A DNA stretch of 64,000 nt, taken from assembly GCA_963696985.1 (NCBI GenBank), contig CAVOMG010000001.1, forward strand, positions 372,737 to 436,736, in the 5' to 3' direction. This document shows positions 17,387 through 27,275 of this stretch, piece by piece (the first letter of the stretch is position 1; every line of letters begins with the position of its first letter). The notes under the pieces are model-generated. The model was not told where the DNA came from. It made no database searches and worked only from the letters and a program-made list of their open reading frames with translations. A program made the position numbers and the translations under genes. This DNA is from an uncultured Thermoplasmata archaeon (GTDB lineage: Archaea; Thermoplasmatota; Thermoplasmata; Lutacidiplasmatales; UBA184).

Positions 17387-19207
17387 TTGGCCGAGCGAAC
17401 CGACCCGATCCCGACGATGCGGATCGCCTATTCGGTCGGGGTCGACCAGCCCCATGATCACGAGGTTCGGTTCACGCTCCGATTGGAGGGGGCCGGCCCC
17501 GGCCCGGTCGACCTCGTCTTCCCGAGCTGGGTCCCCGGATCCTACACCCTCCGGCCGATCCCTCGCAACGTCCACGGGCTTCGCACGTTCGATCCCGAGA
17601 CGGGATCCGAACTGCCGGTCGAGCGGATCGACAAAGGCCGCTGGCGGGTCGGGTCCCTCCCCGCCGGGGCGCTCCGGATGGAGTACTCCGTCTACGGCCA
17701 CGGACTGATCACCGAGGCCCTGGACGTCACGGAAGACCACCTCTTCCTCAACGCCGGACTCTGCCTTCCGTATGTCGACGGGCACAAGGACGGCCCACAC
17801 GACCTCCTCTTCCACGTGCCGCCCGACTGGAAGGTCCTCACCGAGCTCCGGGAGGTCGAGCGGGCCCCCCCGACGTACCGGGCCGCCTCCTACGACGAGC
17901 TCGTGGACTCCCCGGTCGACTGCGGGAACCCGACGGTGTTGCCGATCAGCCCGATGGGGATCGCCCACCGGATCGTCCTCTGCGGGTCGGGCGGCAACTA
18001 CGAGGCCCACCGGATCCAGACCGACCTCACCAAGATCGTGGAGGCGACCGCGAAACTCTTCGGGGAGCTTCCGGCCGAGCGCTACACCTTCTTCTACCAC
18101 CTCGGGGACCGCCGGGACGGGGGACTCGAGCACCGGAGCTCCGCCTCGATGGTCATCGCTCGGACGTCGTTCCGGCCGGAGTCGGACTACCAGGCGTTCC
18201 TTCGGTTGACGAGCCACGAGTACTTCCACCGGTTCAACGTCAAACGGATCCGCCCGAAGGTGCTCGGCCCGTTCGATTACACCCGGGAGAACTACACCCA
18301 CCTCCTCTGGGCGATGGAGGGGACCACCGACTACTACGCGCCCCTCCTGCTCCGACGGGCCGGGTTGACGAGCGCCCCAAAGTACCTCGAGCGGATCGCG
18401 AAGGACATCCGGGAGTACCGGGAGATCCCCGGTCGGCTCGTGACGAGCCTCGAGGAGGCGTCGTTCAACTCCTGGATCGACCTCTACCAGCGATACGAGA
18501 ACACGGTCAACCAGTCGGTCTCCTACTACCTCAAGGGCGCCCTCGTCTCCCTCTGCCTCGACCTCGAGATCCGCCACCGTACCGAGAACCGGTCGAGCCT
18601 CGACGACGCGTTCCGGACCCTCTGGCGGGAGTACGGATCGAAGGAGGTCGGCCTCGAGGAGGGGGAGCTCAGGACCGTCCTCGAGCGGAGCTCGGGCCTC
18701 GACCTTTCCGAATCGTTCCGGCGGTTCGTCCAAGGGACGGACGAGGTCGATTTTGGAACGTTCCTCGCCTACGCCGGCCTCGCCATCGCCCCGGACGAGC
18801 GACCGCCCGACGCCGCCGACGACGCCCCCGCCGGCTACCTCGGTATCGAATTCGAGAACTCGAACGGGTTCGCCCGGATCCGGTCGGTCCGTCACGGTTC
18901 CGCGGGAGGACTCGCGGGTCTATCGCCGGGGGACGAGATCGTGGCGATGGACGGGAGTCGAGTTCCGTTCGACCAGTTCGCGAATGCCCTCAAGCGTTAC
19001 CCGGCGGGCGCCAAGGTCGAGCTCACGCTCTTCCGCCGAGGACTACTCACCCAGGTGTCCGCGACGACCGGGACGCCGCCGCCCGAGAAGCTCCTGATCC
19101 GATCGATCGACGATGCGCCGGAGCTCGCGAAGCGGATCTACGCCTCCTGGCTCGAAGCGCCCTGGCCCCCGGCCAAACCGACGCCCCCGCGTCCGGATCC
19201 GACCTAG
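17387..19207 (+). CDS. M61 family metallopeptidase (glycyl aminopeptidase-like) with a C-terminal PDZ domain
   Basis: HEYFHRFNVKRIRP (HExxH plus the family-typical NVKRIRP), downstream WAMEGTTDYY, and the PDZ-like GLAGLSPGDEIVAMDGSRV. Confidence 0.8.
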   Translation: MAERTDPIPTMRIAYSVGVDQPHDHEVRFTLRLEGAGPGPVDLVFPSWVPGSYTLRPIPRNVHGLRTFDPETGSELPVERIDKGRWRVGSLPAGALRMEYSVYGHGLITEALDVTEDHLFLNAGLCLPYVDGHKDGPHDLLFHVPPDWKVLTELREVERAPPTYRAASYDELVDSPVDCGNPTVLPISPMGIAHRIVLCGSGGNYEAHRIQTDLTKIVEATAKLFGELPAERYTFFYHLGDRRDGGLEHRSSASMVIARTSFRPESDYQAFLRLTSHEYFHRFNVKRIRPKVLGPFDYTRENYTHLLWAMEGTTDYYAPLLLRRAGLTSAPKYLERIAKDIREYREIPGRLVTSLEEASFNSWIDLYQRYENTVNQSVSYYLKGALVSLCLDLEIRHRTENRSSLDDAFRTLWREYGSKEVGLEEGELRTVLERSSGLDLSESFRRFVQGTDEVDFGTFLAYAGLAIAPDERPPDAADDAPAGYLGIEFENSNGFARIRSVRHGSAGGLAGLSPGDEIVAMDGSRVPFDQFANALKRYPAGAKVELTLFRRGLLTQVSATTGTPPPEKLLIRSIDDAPELAKRIYASWLEAPWPPAKPTPPRPDPT

Positions 19208-19225
19208 CCGAACCGCCGTCTGCCG

Positions 19226-19708
19226 TTACGACCGGACCGGGCCCAGCACCGAGTCGAGCACCCGGAGCGTGAACCCCCAGACCACGTGGCCCTCGTGACG
19301 GACGGCCGGCAGTTCGAACCGTCCGCCGGGACCCTCCGCAACGATCGTGGTCCGGTCGAAGAGGGACCGCCTCGGGAGCCAGAAGATCGACGCGACTTCC
19401 CCCGGATCGCCGTGGGCCGGTGCCGGGGTGGAGGGGGCCAGGGGGGCCGCGAACACGCCCACCGAGATCGAGAAGCGGCGGGCCTCCAGCGTCGCCACGT
19501 ACAGAACCGGAGGGACGAGATCGGTCTCCCGGAGCCCGACCTCCTCCCGGAGCTCCCGCAGCGCCGTGGCCCTAAGGTCGGGATCGCCCGCGTCGACGTG
19601 GCCGCCGGGCAGCGCCACCTGGCCGCTCGCGGGGTCCCCCGGTCGGGTCGTCCGTTCGATGAGGAGCGTCTCGACGTCGTGGTGCCCGTCCCGAAGGACG
19701 ATGACCAC
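19226..19708 (-). CDS. NUDIX hydrolase (CoA-pyrophosphatase-like)
   Basis: Nudix box GGHVDAGDPDLRATALRELREEVGL (Gx5Ex7REUxEExGU). Confidence 0.8.
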   Translation of the reverse strand: MVIVLRDGHHDVETLLIERTTRPGDPASGQVALPGGHVDAGDPDLRATALRELREEVGLRETDLVPPVLYVATLEARRFSISVGVFAAPLAPSTPAPAHGDPGEVASIFWLPRRSLFDRTTIVAEGPGGRFELPAVRHEGHVVWGFTLRVLDSVLGPVRS

Positions 19709-19793
19709 GGCCGCTCCGGCCGAGGCCGCCGGCGGCGCGGCGGGCGCGTACCCCGAGAGCAGGCCGTCGATCGTCGCCGGCCCGGCGCTCGGC

Positions 19794-19970
19794 TCAGCTC
19801 TGCCAGTCGTACGTGACCTTCTTTCGGACCACGGATTGGTCCATGGGGTGCTCCCCCGGCGGGTTCGCTAGCGCCTGTTCGACGGCGACCAGGCGGGCCC
19901 TCAGCTGTTGCACCTGCTGTTCGAGCGCGGCCAGTCGGGCTTCGACCGACGGGGAGGAAGGGGCAGCCAT
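19794..19970 (-). CDS. Small coiled-coil protein (58 aa from the internal ATG)
   Basis: MAAPSSPSVEARLAALEQQVQQLRARLVAVEQALANPP... fits between the hydrolase stop (20012) and the NUDIX gene. The longer 164-aa ORF upstream of this ATG overlaps the hydrolase gene and is R/P/G-rich. Confidence 0.3.
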   Translation of the reverse strand: MAAPSSPSVEARLAALEQQVQQLRARLVAVEQALANPPGEHPMDQSVVRKKVTYDWQS

Positions 19971-20011
19971 GCGACGGCCACCGTCCCGGTGGGCAAAGGC
20001 CTTTCGCCGGG

Positions 20012-20839
20012 TCAGTCCGGAGCGTCGGCGCCCGCGGAGGGTGAAGCGCCCTCGACCTTGTGGACCCACGCCGCGAGGAGGGTCGCCACCTCCCCCGGTC
20101 GCTCGACCGGGATGAGGTGGCCGGTCTGGGCGAACAGGCGGAGCTCGGCCCCAGGGATCGATTGACGAAGCAGGCGGGCGTGGGCAACGTCCATCACCTG
20201 GTCGTCCATCGCGTGGACGATCAGCGTCGGGGCGCGGATCTTGCCGACCCGCCCGCGCAGGTCGAACTGGCGGATCTCCTCGCGCCACTGGACCACATGG
20301 CCGAGATCGAGCTCGGCGGTCTGTTCCCGGAGCCGGTCGACAATATCGAGGTGGGCCTCGATCCAGTCCGGATAGTAGAGGTCCTTCGCGAGCCGCAGGA
20401 CGTACGCTTCAAACCCATCGGTCCGATACGTCTCGACCCATCGGTCGACGATCGCCCGGGTGTGGTTGTCGATGTTCACGGCCCCGGCGATCGAGACGAG
20501 GCTCGCCACCCGCTCGGGGTGGTCGAGGGTGAACTGGAGGGCGAGGAGGGCACCGGCGCTCAGGCCGGCGACGTGGACCCGCTTCACCCCGGAGCGGTCG
20601 AGGAGCTCGAGGAGATCGGCCCCGTGCTCGGCGAAGCGGAACGAGGAACCCGGCGGGGCCGGCGAGCGCCCATGCCCGCGTAGGTCGGGCGCGATCACGT
20701 GGGCGTGGGTCCGAAGCGCTGGGACGATCCCATTCCAGATCGTGTGGTCCCCTCCGAGCCCATGCAAGAGGAGGAGCGCGGGCCCGCTCCCTTCCTCGAG
20801 CCGGTGGAGCTCCACGGCCGCCGCGGTGGGGGACGCCAT
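20012..20839 (-). CDS. Alpha/beta-fold hydrolase
   Basis: HGLGGD oxyanion region, nucleophile elbow GLSAG, and the distal D and H (AMDDQV, TGHLIPVE). Confidence 0.8.
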   Translation of the reverse strand: MASPTAAAVELHRLEEGSGPALLLLHGLGGDHTIWNGIVPALRTHAHVIAPDLRGHGRSPAPPGSSFRFAEHGADLLELLDRSGVKRVHVAGLSAGALLALQFTLDHPERVASLVSIAGAVNIDNHTRAIVDRWVETYRTDGFEAYVLRLAKDLYYPDWIEAHLDIVDRLREQTAELDLGHVVQWREEIRQFDLRGRVGKIRAPTLIVHAMDDQVMDVAHARLLRQSIPGAELRLFAQTGHLIPVERPGEVATLLAAWVHKVEGASPSAGADAPD

Positions 20840-20922
20840 GCGACGGCCGACCGGGCCGCGATATTCTTAGCGGTGGCGGCCGGGTCCGAGGCGGCCCGCC
20901 CCCCGCGCCCACACCCCTAAAT

Positions 20923-21576
20923 ATGGCACGGCGGCTCCTTGGGGACGATATGGCGCGCGGGGTGATGCTGATGAGCGGCGGCATCGACTCGCCCGTGACG
21001 CTCGACCTCCTGCTCCGCCAGGGCCACGAGATGCTCGCGGTCCACATGGACAATCGCCCGTTCACCGACGACTCCCCGCTCGGGAAGGTCGTCGACCACC
21101 TCGCGATCCTGCGGGAGCGCTACCACCAAAAGATCCCCCTCTACCTCCTGCCCCACGGTCCGACCCAGATCGCGCTGATGCGCGGGACCGACCGGCACGT
21201 CGGTTGCGTACTCTGCCGACGGTTCATGTGGCGTTCGGCCGAACGGATCGCCGAGCGGGAGCGGGCGACGTTCCTCGCGACCGGGGAGTCGCTGGGGCAG
21301 GTGGCGAGCCAGACCCTCTCGAACATGCGCAGCGCCACGGCTTCGGTCCTCCTCCCGATCGTTCGGCCGCTCATCGGTTTCGACAAGCAGGAGATCGAGG
21401 CGGTCGCCCGCTCGATCGGCACCTACGAGATCTCGACCCGGCCTGGGCTTTGCTGCCAAGCGGTCCCCGACCGTCCGGCGACGAAGAGCTCGCTCGTGCA
21501 GATCATGAAGGAGGAGGAGCGCGTCGACGTCGACGCGATCCTCGACGACGTGATCCGCCACGCGGTGGTGTTGTGA
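20923..21576 (+). CDS. ThiI-like PP-loop ATPase domain protein (no THUMP/NFLD domain). The alternative start at 20950 is likely
   Basis: SGGIDSPV PP-loop, TGESLGQVASQT, a GCVLCRR Cys pair and LCCQ. A TAAATA element at 20916-20921 would make the ATG at 20950 (MARGVMLMSGGIDSP) a leaderless start. Confidence 0.65.
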   Translation: MARRLLGDDMARGVMLMSGGIDSPVTLDLLLRQGHEMLAVHMDNRPFTDDSPLGKVVDHLAILRERYHQKIPLYLLPHGPTQIALMRGTDRHVGCVLCRRFMWRSAERIAERERATFLATGESLGQVASQTLSNMRSATASVLLPIVRPLIGFDKQEIEAVARSIGTYEISTRPGLCCQAVPDRPATKSSLVQIMKEEERVDVDAILDDVIRHAVVL

Positions 21577-21845
21577 GCTACTCGGCGCTCCGGCTCTGCT
21601 CGGGGCGCTCGGCGTTCGAGGCCATCCCCACCCCGCGCCGGTCGCTCGATCTCGCCGAGGTTCGGGGCCGTCTGAGGTCGGAGGGGATCCCCGTGATCGA
21701 CGCCCGGGTGATGCTCATCGCCGGCGATCGCCAGGAGGTCACCATCGGACGGGACGGACGCATCCTGATCAAGATCCCCCGGGCCGAGGAGGCACAGCGG
21801 CTCTTCGAGCGGGTCCTCCGGTGGATCGGCGAGTCAGGGAGCTGA
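21573..21845 (+). CDS. Hypothetical small protein, translationally coupled to the ThiI-like gene (GTGA overlap)
   Basis: 90 aa from GTG 21573 in the frame of ORF 21204..21845. Sequence ...GIPVIDARVMLIAGDRQEVTIGRDGRILIKIPRAEEAQRLFERVL. No family recognised. Confidence 0.35.
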   Translation: MSYSALRLCSGRSAFEAIPTPRRSLDLAEVRGRLRSEGIPVIDARVMLIAGDRQEVTIGRDGRILIKIPRAEEAQRLFERVLRWIGESGS

Positions 21846-21882
21846 CGACGCCCCCGTTGGAACCATTATCCACCGCCGGGCG

Positions 21883-23061
21883 ATGCTGAAGCCGGGGAGG
21901 GGGTCCATGCGCGAGACGTGGGTGATCGGGGCGGCGACGAGCCGCTTCGGGAAGCTCTCGGAGAGCGGCCGGGAGGCCGCCACCCGGACGGCCCTCGCGG
22001 CGATCGACTCGGCGGGGATCGACCCGAAACGGATCGGGTACACCTTCGTCTCGAACTGCTTCGGCATCTCCGAGCACCAGGCCCACGTGGGACCGCTCAT
22101 CAACACCGGACTCGGGATACCCGAGGTCCCCTCGGCGACGATCGAGTCCGCGTGCTCGAGCTCGAGCGCGGGGCTCCATGAGGCCTACGCTCACGTCGCC
22201 TCCGGCATGGATGACGCCGTGCTCGTCGTCGGCGTCGAGCGGCTCTCCCACCTCGACACGCTGCAATCGACGAGCTACTTTGCGATGGGCGCGGACTATC
22301 CGTTCGAGACCCGGAACGGGGCGACGTTCCCCGGGCTCTACGCGACGCTCGCGAACGCCCACCAGCACCGCTACGGGACCCGGGCCGAGGAGCTCGGGGC
22401 GATCGCGGTGAAGAATCACGCCAACGCCGCCCGGAACCCGAACGCCCACTTCCAAAAGCCGATCACGCTCGACACCTACCTCGCCTCGCCGGTCATCGCC
22501 TCGCCGCTCCGCCTCTTTGACTGCTGCCCGTTCTCCGACGGGGCCTCGGCCCTCATCGTGGGGGCCCGGGAGGCGTTCCCGAACCCTCCGAACGAGCCGC
22601 TCGTCATCCGGGCGAGCGCCCGCTCCGGCTCGATCGCCGATCTGCAGGACCGGCCGGAGCTCACCGGCCTCCCGGCCACCCGCGCCGCGGCGGCGAAGGC
22701 GTTCCGGTCGGCGGGAATCGCCCCGGCCCAGATCGATTTCGCCGAGGTGCACGACTGCTTCACCATCGCCGAGGTGATGGCCCTCGAGGATCTCGGATTC
22801 TTCCCGAAGGGGGAGGCGGCCCGGGCCGCCCCGGAAGGCGTGACGGCGATCGACGGCAAGCTCCCGGTGAATCCCTCCGGCGGCCTCAAAGCGAAGGGCC
22901 ATCCGGTGAGCGCCACCGGGGCCGCCCAGGTCGTGGAGGTCTTCGAGCAGTTCAACCACCGCGCCGGAACGCGCGCCGTCCCGAGGGCCGAGACCGCCCT
23001 GACGCACAACGTCGGTGCGACCGGGGGCTCCTGCTCCGTGCACATCTTCACGCGCCGGTAG
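21883..23061 (+). CDS. Thiolase (archaeal acetyl-CoA acetyltransferase / SCP-x-type)
   Basis: ESACSSSSAGLHEAY (active-site Cys region), NPSGGLKAKGHPVSATG and HNVGATGGSC near the C-terminus. Followed by a DUF35 partner, as in archaeal thiolase complexes. Confidence 0.85.
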   Translation: MLKPGRGSMRETWVIGAATSRFGKLSESGREAATRTALAAIDSAGIDPKRIGYTFVSNCFGISEHQAHVGPLINTGLGIPEVPSATIESACSSSSAGLHEAYAHVASGMDDAVLVVGVERLSHLDTLQSTSYFAMGADYPFETRNGATFPGLYATLANAHQHRYGTRAEELGAIAVKNHANAARNPNAHFQKPITLDTYLASPVIASPLRLFDCCPFSDGASALIVGAREAFPNPPNEPLVIRASARSGSIADLQDRPELTGLPATRAAAAKAFRSAGIAPAQIDFAEVHDCFTIAEVMALEDLGFFPKGEAARAAPEGVTAIDGKLPVNPSGGLKAKGHPVSATGAAQVVEVFEQFNHRAGTRAVPRAETALTHNVGATGGSCSVHIFTRR

Positions 23062-23068
23062 GGGGACT

Positions 23069-23474
23069 TTGCCGACGTCCTCCCCGCACTCCATCCGCGA
23101 CTTCGAGGAGCAGTACCGAGGAGCACGGTCGTTTGGTCGGCCTCCGCTCGGCGTGCGGATTCGTCACCGCCACCTGGGGGCTCGTCTGCCCAAGTTGTGG
23201 CCAGCGCGACCTCGAGGAGGTCACGTTCTCCGGGGAAGGGCGGCTCGCGGCGTTCACCGTCCAGACCGTTCCGAGCGAGGAGTACCTCAACGACGCACCG
23301 TACGCCTACGTGGTCGTCGACCTGAGGGAGGGCGGGCGGCTCACGGGGTGGATCGCCGGCGCCCATGTCGGCTCGCTCCACCTGGGCGACCCGGTCCATT
23401 TTGTGCCGGGGTATCGCCGGGGGGTTCAGTTCGAACCGGGCGGAACGGGAGACGGAGATGTCCACTCCCGTTGA
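23069..23474 (+). CDS. DUF35 OB-fold/zinc-ribbon protein (thiolase partner). The N-terminus probably carries a frame disruption near 23117-23125
   Basis: CGFVTATWGLVCPSCG zinc ribbon, then an OB-fold (GRLAAFTVQT...YAYVVVDLREGGRLTGWI). The ORF track starts at TTG 23133. A TTG at 23069 in another frame gives PTSSPHSIRDFEEQYR, which would complete a normal-length DUF35. Confidence 0.6.
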
Positions 23475-25352
23475 ACGTGGGGCGCCGCCCGCGGACCGGT
23501 CCTGGCTCGCGCGCTACCCTCCCGACGTCCCATGGGAGTCCGAGATCCCGAACGAACGGCTTCCGGAGGCGGTCGAGCGGAGCGTCCGGCGTTGGCCGGA
23601 TCGCCCGGCGTTCGTCTTCTACGGATCCCGCTGGAGCTACCGGAGATTCTGGGAAGCGAGCGGAAGGTTCGCCGCGGCCCTCTACGCCGAGGGGTTCCGA
23701 CCGGGCGATCGCCTCGCCCTGTACCTCCCGAACTGCCCGGCGTACCCGATCGCCTTCTATGGGGCCCTGCGGCTCGGCGTCGTCGTCGTCCAGCTGAGCC
23801 CCCTCTACATCGCCGACGACCTCACTCGCCTGCTCGGAGATGCCCGACCCCGCGGGATCGTCTTTCTCGACATCTCGTCGAAGAACCTCGAGGCGATCCC
23901 GGCGGACCGACTGCCCGAGGTGCGTTTCGCGGCCCGCCTGCGGTCGTTCTATCCGGCGCTCAAGCGGCCGTTCGTGAACCTCATCGCCCGACGCCGGGGG
24001 CTCGATCCTTCGTACCCCTCGGATCCGGCCGTGCGGAGCTTTGCGCGCGCGATGCGGACGCCCGGCGAGTTCCCGAGGCCCTCGACCGACCCGGCGCGCG
24101 AGGTCGCGGTGCTTCAGTATACCGGTGGGACGACCGGGGTGCCGAAGGCGGCGATGCTCTCGCACCGCAACTTGCTCGCGAACGCCCTCCAGAGCCAGGC
24201 GTGGTTCCCGGTCCAACCCCCCGGGACGAGCGTGCTGCTGGCCGCGGTGCCGTTCTTCCACGTTTACGGAATGACCGTCGCCCTGAACTATCCGCTCATC
24301 GCCGGTTCGACGATCATCCTCCAGATCCGCCCGGAGATCGGCGAGATGCTCGAGCTGATCCACCGCCACCACCCGGTCGAGCTCCCGGGCGTACCGGCGA
24401 TCTACCGGGGGATCACCGATCACCCGAAGGTCGGGCGGTACGACATCCGATCGATCCGGCTCTGCGTGAGCGGGTCCGCCCCGCTCCCGGCGGAGACCGC
24501 CCGCCGGTTCGAGTCGATCACGGGGGGGAACCTTCTCGAGGGATACGGCCTCTCGGAGGCCTCCCCAGTCACCCACGCGAACCCCATCGATCACGCGCTC
24601 CGCCGGGACGGGTCGATCGGCCTACCCCTGCCCGGCACCGAGCATCGCATCGTCGACCTCGAGACCGGGACCACGGTCTTGCCGACCGGGGCCCGGGCGA
24701 GCTCGTGGTCCGGGGCCCGCAGGTGATGCTCGGTTACCTCGACCACCCCGAGGAGACGGCCCAGACGATCCGGGACGGCTGGCTCTTCACCGGCGACATC
24801 GCCACGATCGACGCGGACGGCTACGCGTTCATCGTCGACCGAAAGAAGGACATGATCGACGTCGGGGGCCTCAAGGTCTATCCGAGGGAGGTCGAGGAGC
24901 TCCTCTACCGGCTCCCCGGGGTCGCGGAGGCGGCCGTCCTCGGCGTCCCCGACCCGACGCTCGGAGAGGTCGTCAAGGCTTTCGTGGTCCGGCGACCGGG
25001 GAGCGATCTCACCGAAGCCCAGGTGATCGAGTTCGTTCGGGCCCACATCGCGCACTACAAGGCCCCGCGCTCGGTCGAGTTCCGGGCAGTGCTTCCGAAG
25101 AGCGCCGTCCAGAAGGTCCTCAAGCGGGAGCTGCGGGCCCCCCGCCGACCGCCCCGGCTCAGAGCCCGCGCTGAAGCAGGTCCCGGGCGATCACGAGCCG
25201 CTGGACCTCGTTCGTACCCTCGAAGATCTCGGAGATCCGCGCGTCCCGGTACGCCCGCTCGATCGGCGTGCCCCGGATGTAGCCGAGCCCGCCGTGGATC
25301 TGGAGGGCCTCATCGATCACTTCGCTCGCCCACTCCGAGGCGAGGCACTTGA
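23458..25352 (+). CDS. Long-chain acyl-CoA synthetase (AMP-forming), with an apparent 1-nt deletion near 24688-24700. The true stop is probably near 25170
   Basis: [20 protein letters not shown] (AMP-binding motif), [14 protein letters not shown] in ORF 23365..24726. [14 protein letters not shown]...[36 protein letters not shown]...[14 protein letters not shown] lies in the frame of ORF 23532..25352. The formal ORF runs 190 nt into the convergent ACAD gene. Confidence 0.85.
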
Positions 25353-26352
25353 CGATCGCTGCGGTCCGTGTCTTCGCCTCGCGGTCGTTCCGGCTCCATT
25401 GGGTCGGGTCCGGCCCGAGCCGGTCCTGCTCCTCCGCGGCGTGATAGACGAGGTAGCGGAGGGCGTGGACCCGCATCGCCATGTCGGCGAGCTTGAACTG
25501 GATCGCCTCGAACTCGCTGATCGGGTGGCCGAATTGGGTCCGCTCCTGGGAGAACTTGAGGGCCGCGCTCGTCGCGGCCTCCATCGCCCCGAGCGAGGCG
25601 GCCCCGAGCGAGACCCGGCCGACGTCGAGGGCCGTCATCGCGACGATGAATCCGCGGCCGACAGGGCCCAGCACGCGGTCGTCCCCGACCTCCACGCCGT
25701 CGAGGATCAGCTCGGCCGTGGAGGTCCCATGGAGTCCCATCTTCTTCTCGCACCGTCCGACCGAGAACCCTTTCAGGCCCTTGTCGAGGACAAAGGCCGT
25801 CACCCCTCCGGCCGGCCCGAGCTTCGCGTCGTTCGCCGCCAGCAGCACGACCGTATCGGCCTCCCGCCCGTTCGAGACGTAGATCTTCGTGCCGCTCAGG
25901 ACCCAGTGGTCGCCCGAGCGCTCCGCACGGGTCCGGACCGATCCGGAGTCGCTCCCGGAACCGGGTTCGGTCAGACTGAACGCGAGGAGCTTCTTTCCCT
26001 GGGCGGCAGGGACGAGCCACCGCTGCTTCTGCTCCTCCGTGCCGAACGCGAGCAGGGGGGTCGTCCCGAGCGAGGTGTGGGCCCCGACGATCGTCCCATG
26101 CGAGGCATCCACGCGCCCGATCTCCTCAAGGAGGATCGCGTAACCGACCTTCCCCAGGCCGAGCCCGCCGTACTCCTCGGGCACGGGCACGCCGAAGTAC
26201 CCCTCCGACTGCATCTTGCGGATCGATTCTGCCGGGAACGTCTCCTTCTCATCCATCTCGGCGACGATCGGCGTTACCTCGCGCGCGAGGAATGCCCGGA
26301 CGCCCTCCCGGAACGCCTCCTGGTCCGGGGTGAAAGTGAACTCGAGCGCCAC
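25159..26352 (-). CDS. Acyl-CoA dehydrogenase
   Basis: 397 aa with [41 protein letters not shown], and [34 protein letters not shown]. Confidence 0.9.
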   Translation of the reverse strand: MALEFTFTPDQEAFREGVRAFLAREVTPIVAEMDEKETFPAESIRKMQSEGYFGVPVPEEYGGLGLGKVGYAILLEEIGRVDASHGTIVGAHTSLGTTPLLAFGTEEQKQRWLVPAAQGKKLLAFSLTEPGSGSDSGSVRTRAERSGDHWVLSGTKIYVSNGREADTVVLLAANDAKLGPAGGVTAFVLDKGLKGFSVGRCEKKMGLHGTSTAELILDGVEVGDDRVLGPVGRGFIVAMTALDVGRVSLGAASLGAMEAATSAALKFSQERTQFGHPISEFEAIQFKLADMAMRVHALRYLVYHAAEEQDRLGPDPTQWSRNDREAKTRTAAIVKCLASEWASEVIDEALQIHGGLGYIRGTPIERAYRDARISEIFEGTNEVQRLVIARDLLQRGL

Positions 26353-26353
26353 C

Positions 26354-27139
26354 TCAGGCCCCCGTGAACTTAGGGGGGCGGCGCTCGACGAAGGCCGTGA
26401 TCCCCTCCCGAAGGTCCGAGCTGGGAAGGACCTCGCGTTCGAAGAGGCGGGCCTCGATCGCGAGCCCCTCTTCGAGCGGTCGTCCGAACCCCTCCATCAT
26501 CGCCCGCTTGGCGGCCCGGACCGCGCGGGGCGCCTTCTGGGCGATCGTATGCGCGAGGTCCCGCGCAGCCCTGAGTTCCTGACCCGAGGGGACCGTCCGA
26601 TTCACAAGGCCGATCCGCAGGGCCTCCGCGGCCGGAACGAGGCCGGCCCCAAAGATCATCTCCCGGGCCTTGGCGGGACCGACGAGCCGGGGGAGCCGCT
26701 GGGTCCCGCCGTAGGCCGGAAAGAGCCCGTAGTTGACCTCGGGGGCGCCGAGCTTCGCGGAGTCCCCGCAGATCCTCAAGTCGCAACTGAGGGCGAGCTC
26801 GAGGCCCCCACCGACGGCGAGGCCATTGATCGCCGCGATGGTGGGCGCCGGGAACGCCGCGATTCGACCGAGGAGGCGGTGACCCTCGGCGACGGCCCGG
26901 ACGGCGCGTTCCGCATCGATCCCGACCATCTCCTTGAGGTCCGCCCCGGCACTGAAGTAGGTCCCGTCCCCGGTAAGGATGACCGCCCGAACATCGGAGG
27001 CCGCTTCGAGGGCTTCGAACTCCCGGCCGAGTTCGGCGAGGAGCTCGGTCGAGAGTGCGTTCACGGGAGGGTTGCGGAGCGTGAGGATCTCGACGCCGTC
27101 ACCATCGGCCTTCCTCGAGACCTTCTCCCCTTCCGCCAA
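26354..27139 (-). CDS. Enoyl-CoA hydratase (crotonase family)
   Basis: VEILTLRNPPVNAL, ILTGDGTYFSAGADLKEM, INGLAVGGGLELALSCDLRI. I prefer TTG 27139 (261 aa) over the ORF-track start 27337. A GTTATCAA TATA-like element lies about 35 nt upstream of it. Confidence 0.8.
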   Translation of the reverse strand: MAEGEKVSRKADGDGVEILTLRNPPVNALSTELLAELGREFEALEAASDVRAVILTGDGTYFSAGADLKEMVGIDAERAVRAVAEGHRLLGRIAAFPAPTIAAINGLAVGGGLELALSCDLRICGDSAKLGAPEVNYGLFPAYGGTQRLPRLVGPAKAREMIFGAGLVPAAEALRIGLVNRTVPSGQELRAARDLAHTIAQKAPRAVRAAKRAMMEGFGRPLEEGLAIEARLFEREVLPSSDLREGITAFVERRPPKFTGA

Positions 27140-27248
27140 CCCGTTCGCCCCGCGCGGACATCCCGGGCCCCCTTGATAACTCTCCGGCCACGGGACTCTC
27201 GGCCCGGGCCCGACGGGGCGCGCGAACCGCCCTCGCGCCCTCATACCC

Positions 27249-27254
27249 TTAATA
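27249..27254 (+). promoter_or_regulatory. TTAATA TATA-like element upstream of speB
   Basis: About 24 nt upstream of the GTG start at 27276. The geometry suggests a leaderless transcript. Confidence 0.3.
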
Positions 27255-27275
27255 CCCGGCCCCCGTTCCAACCGC

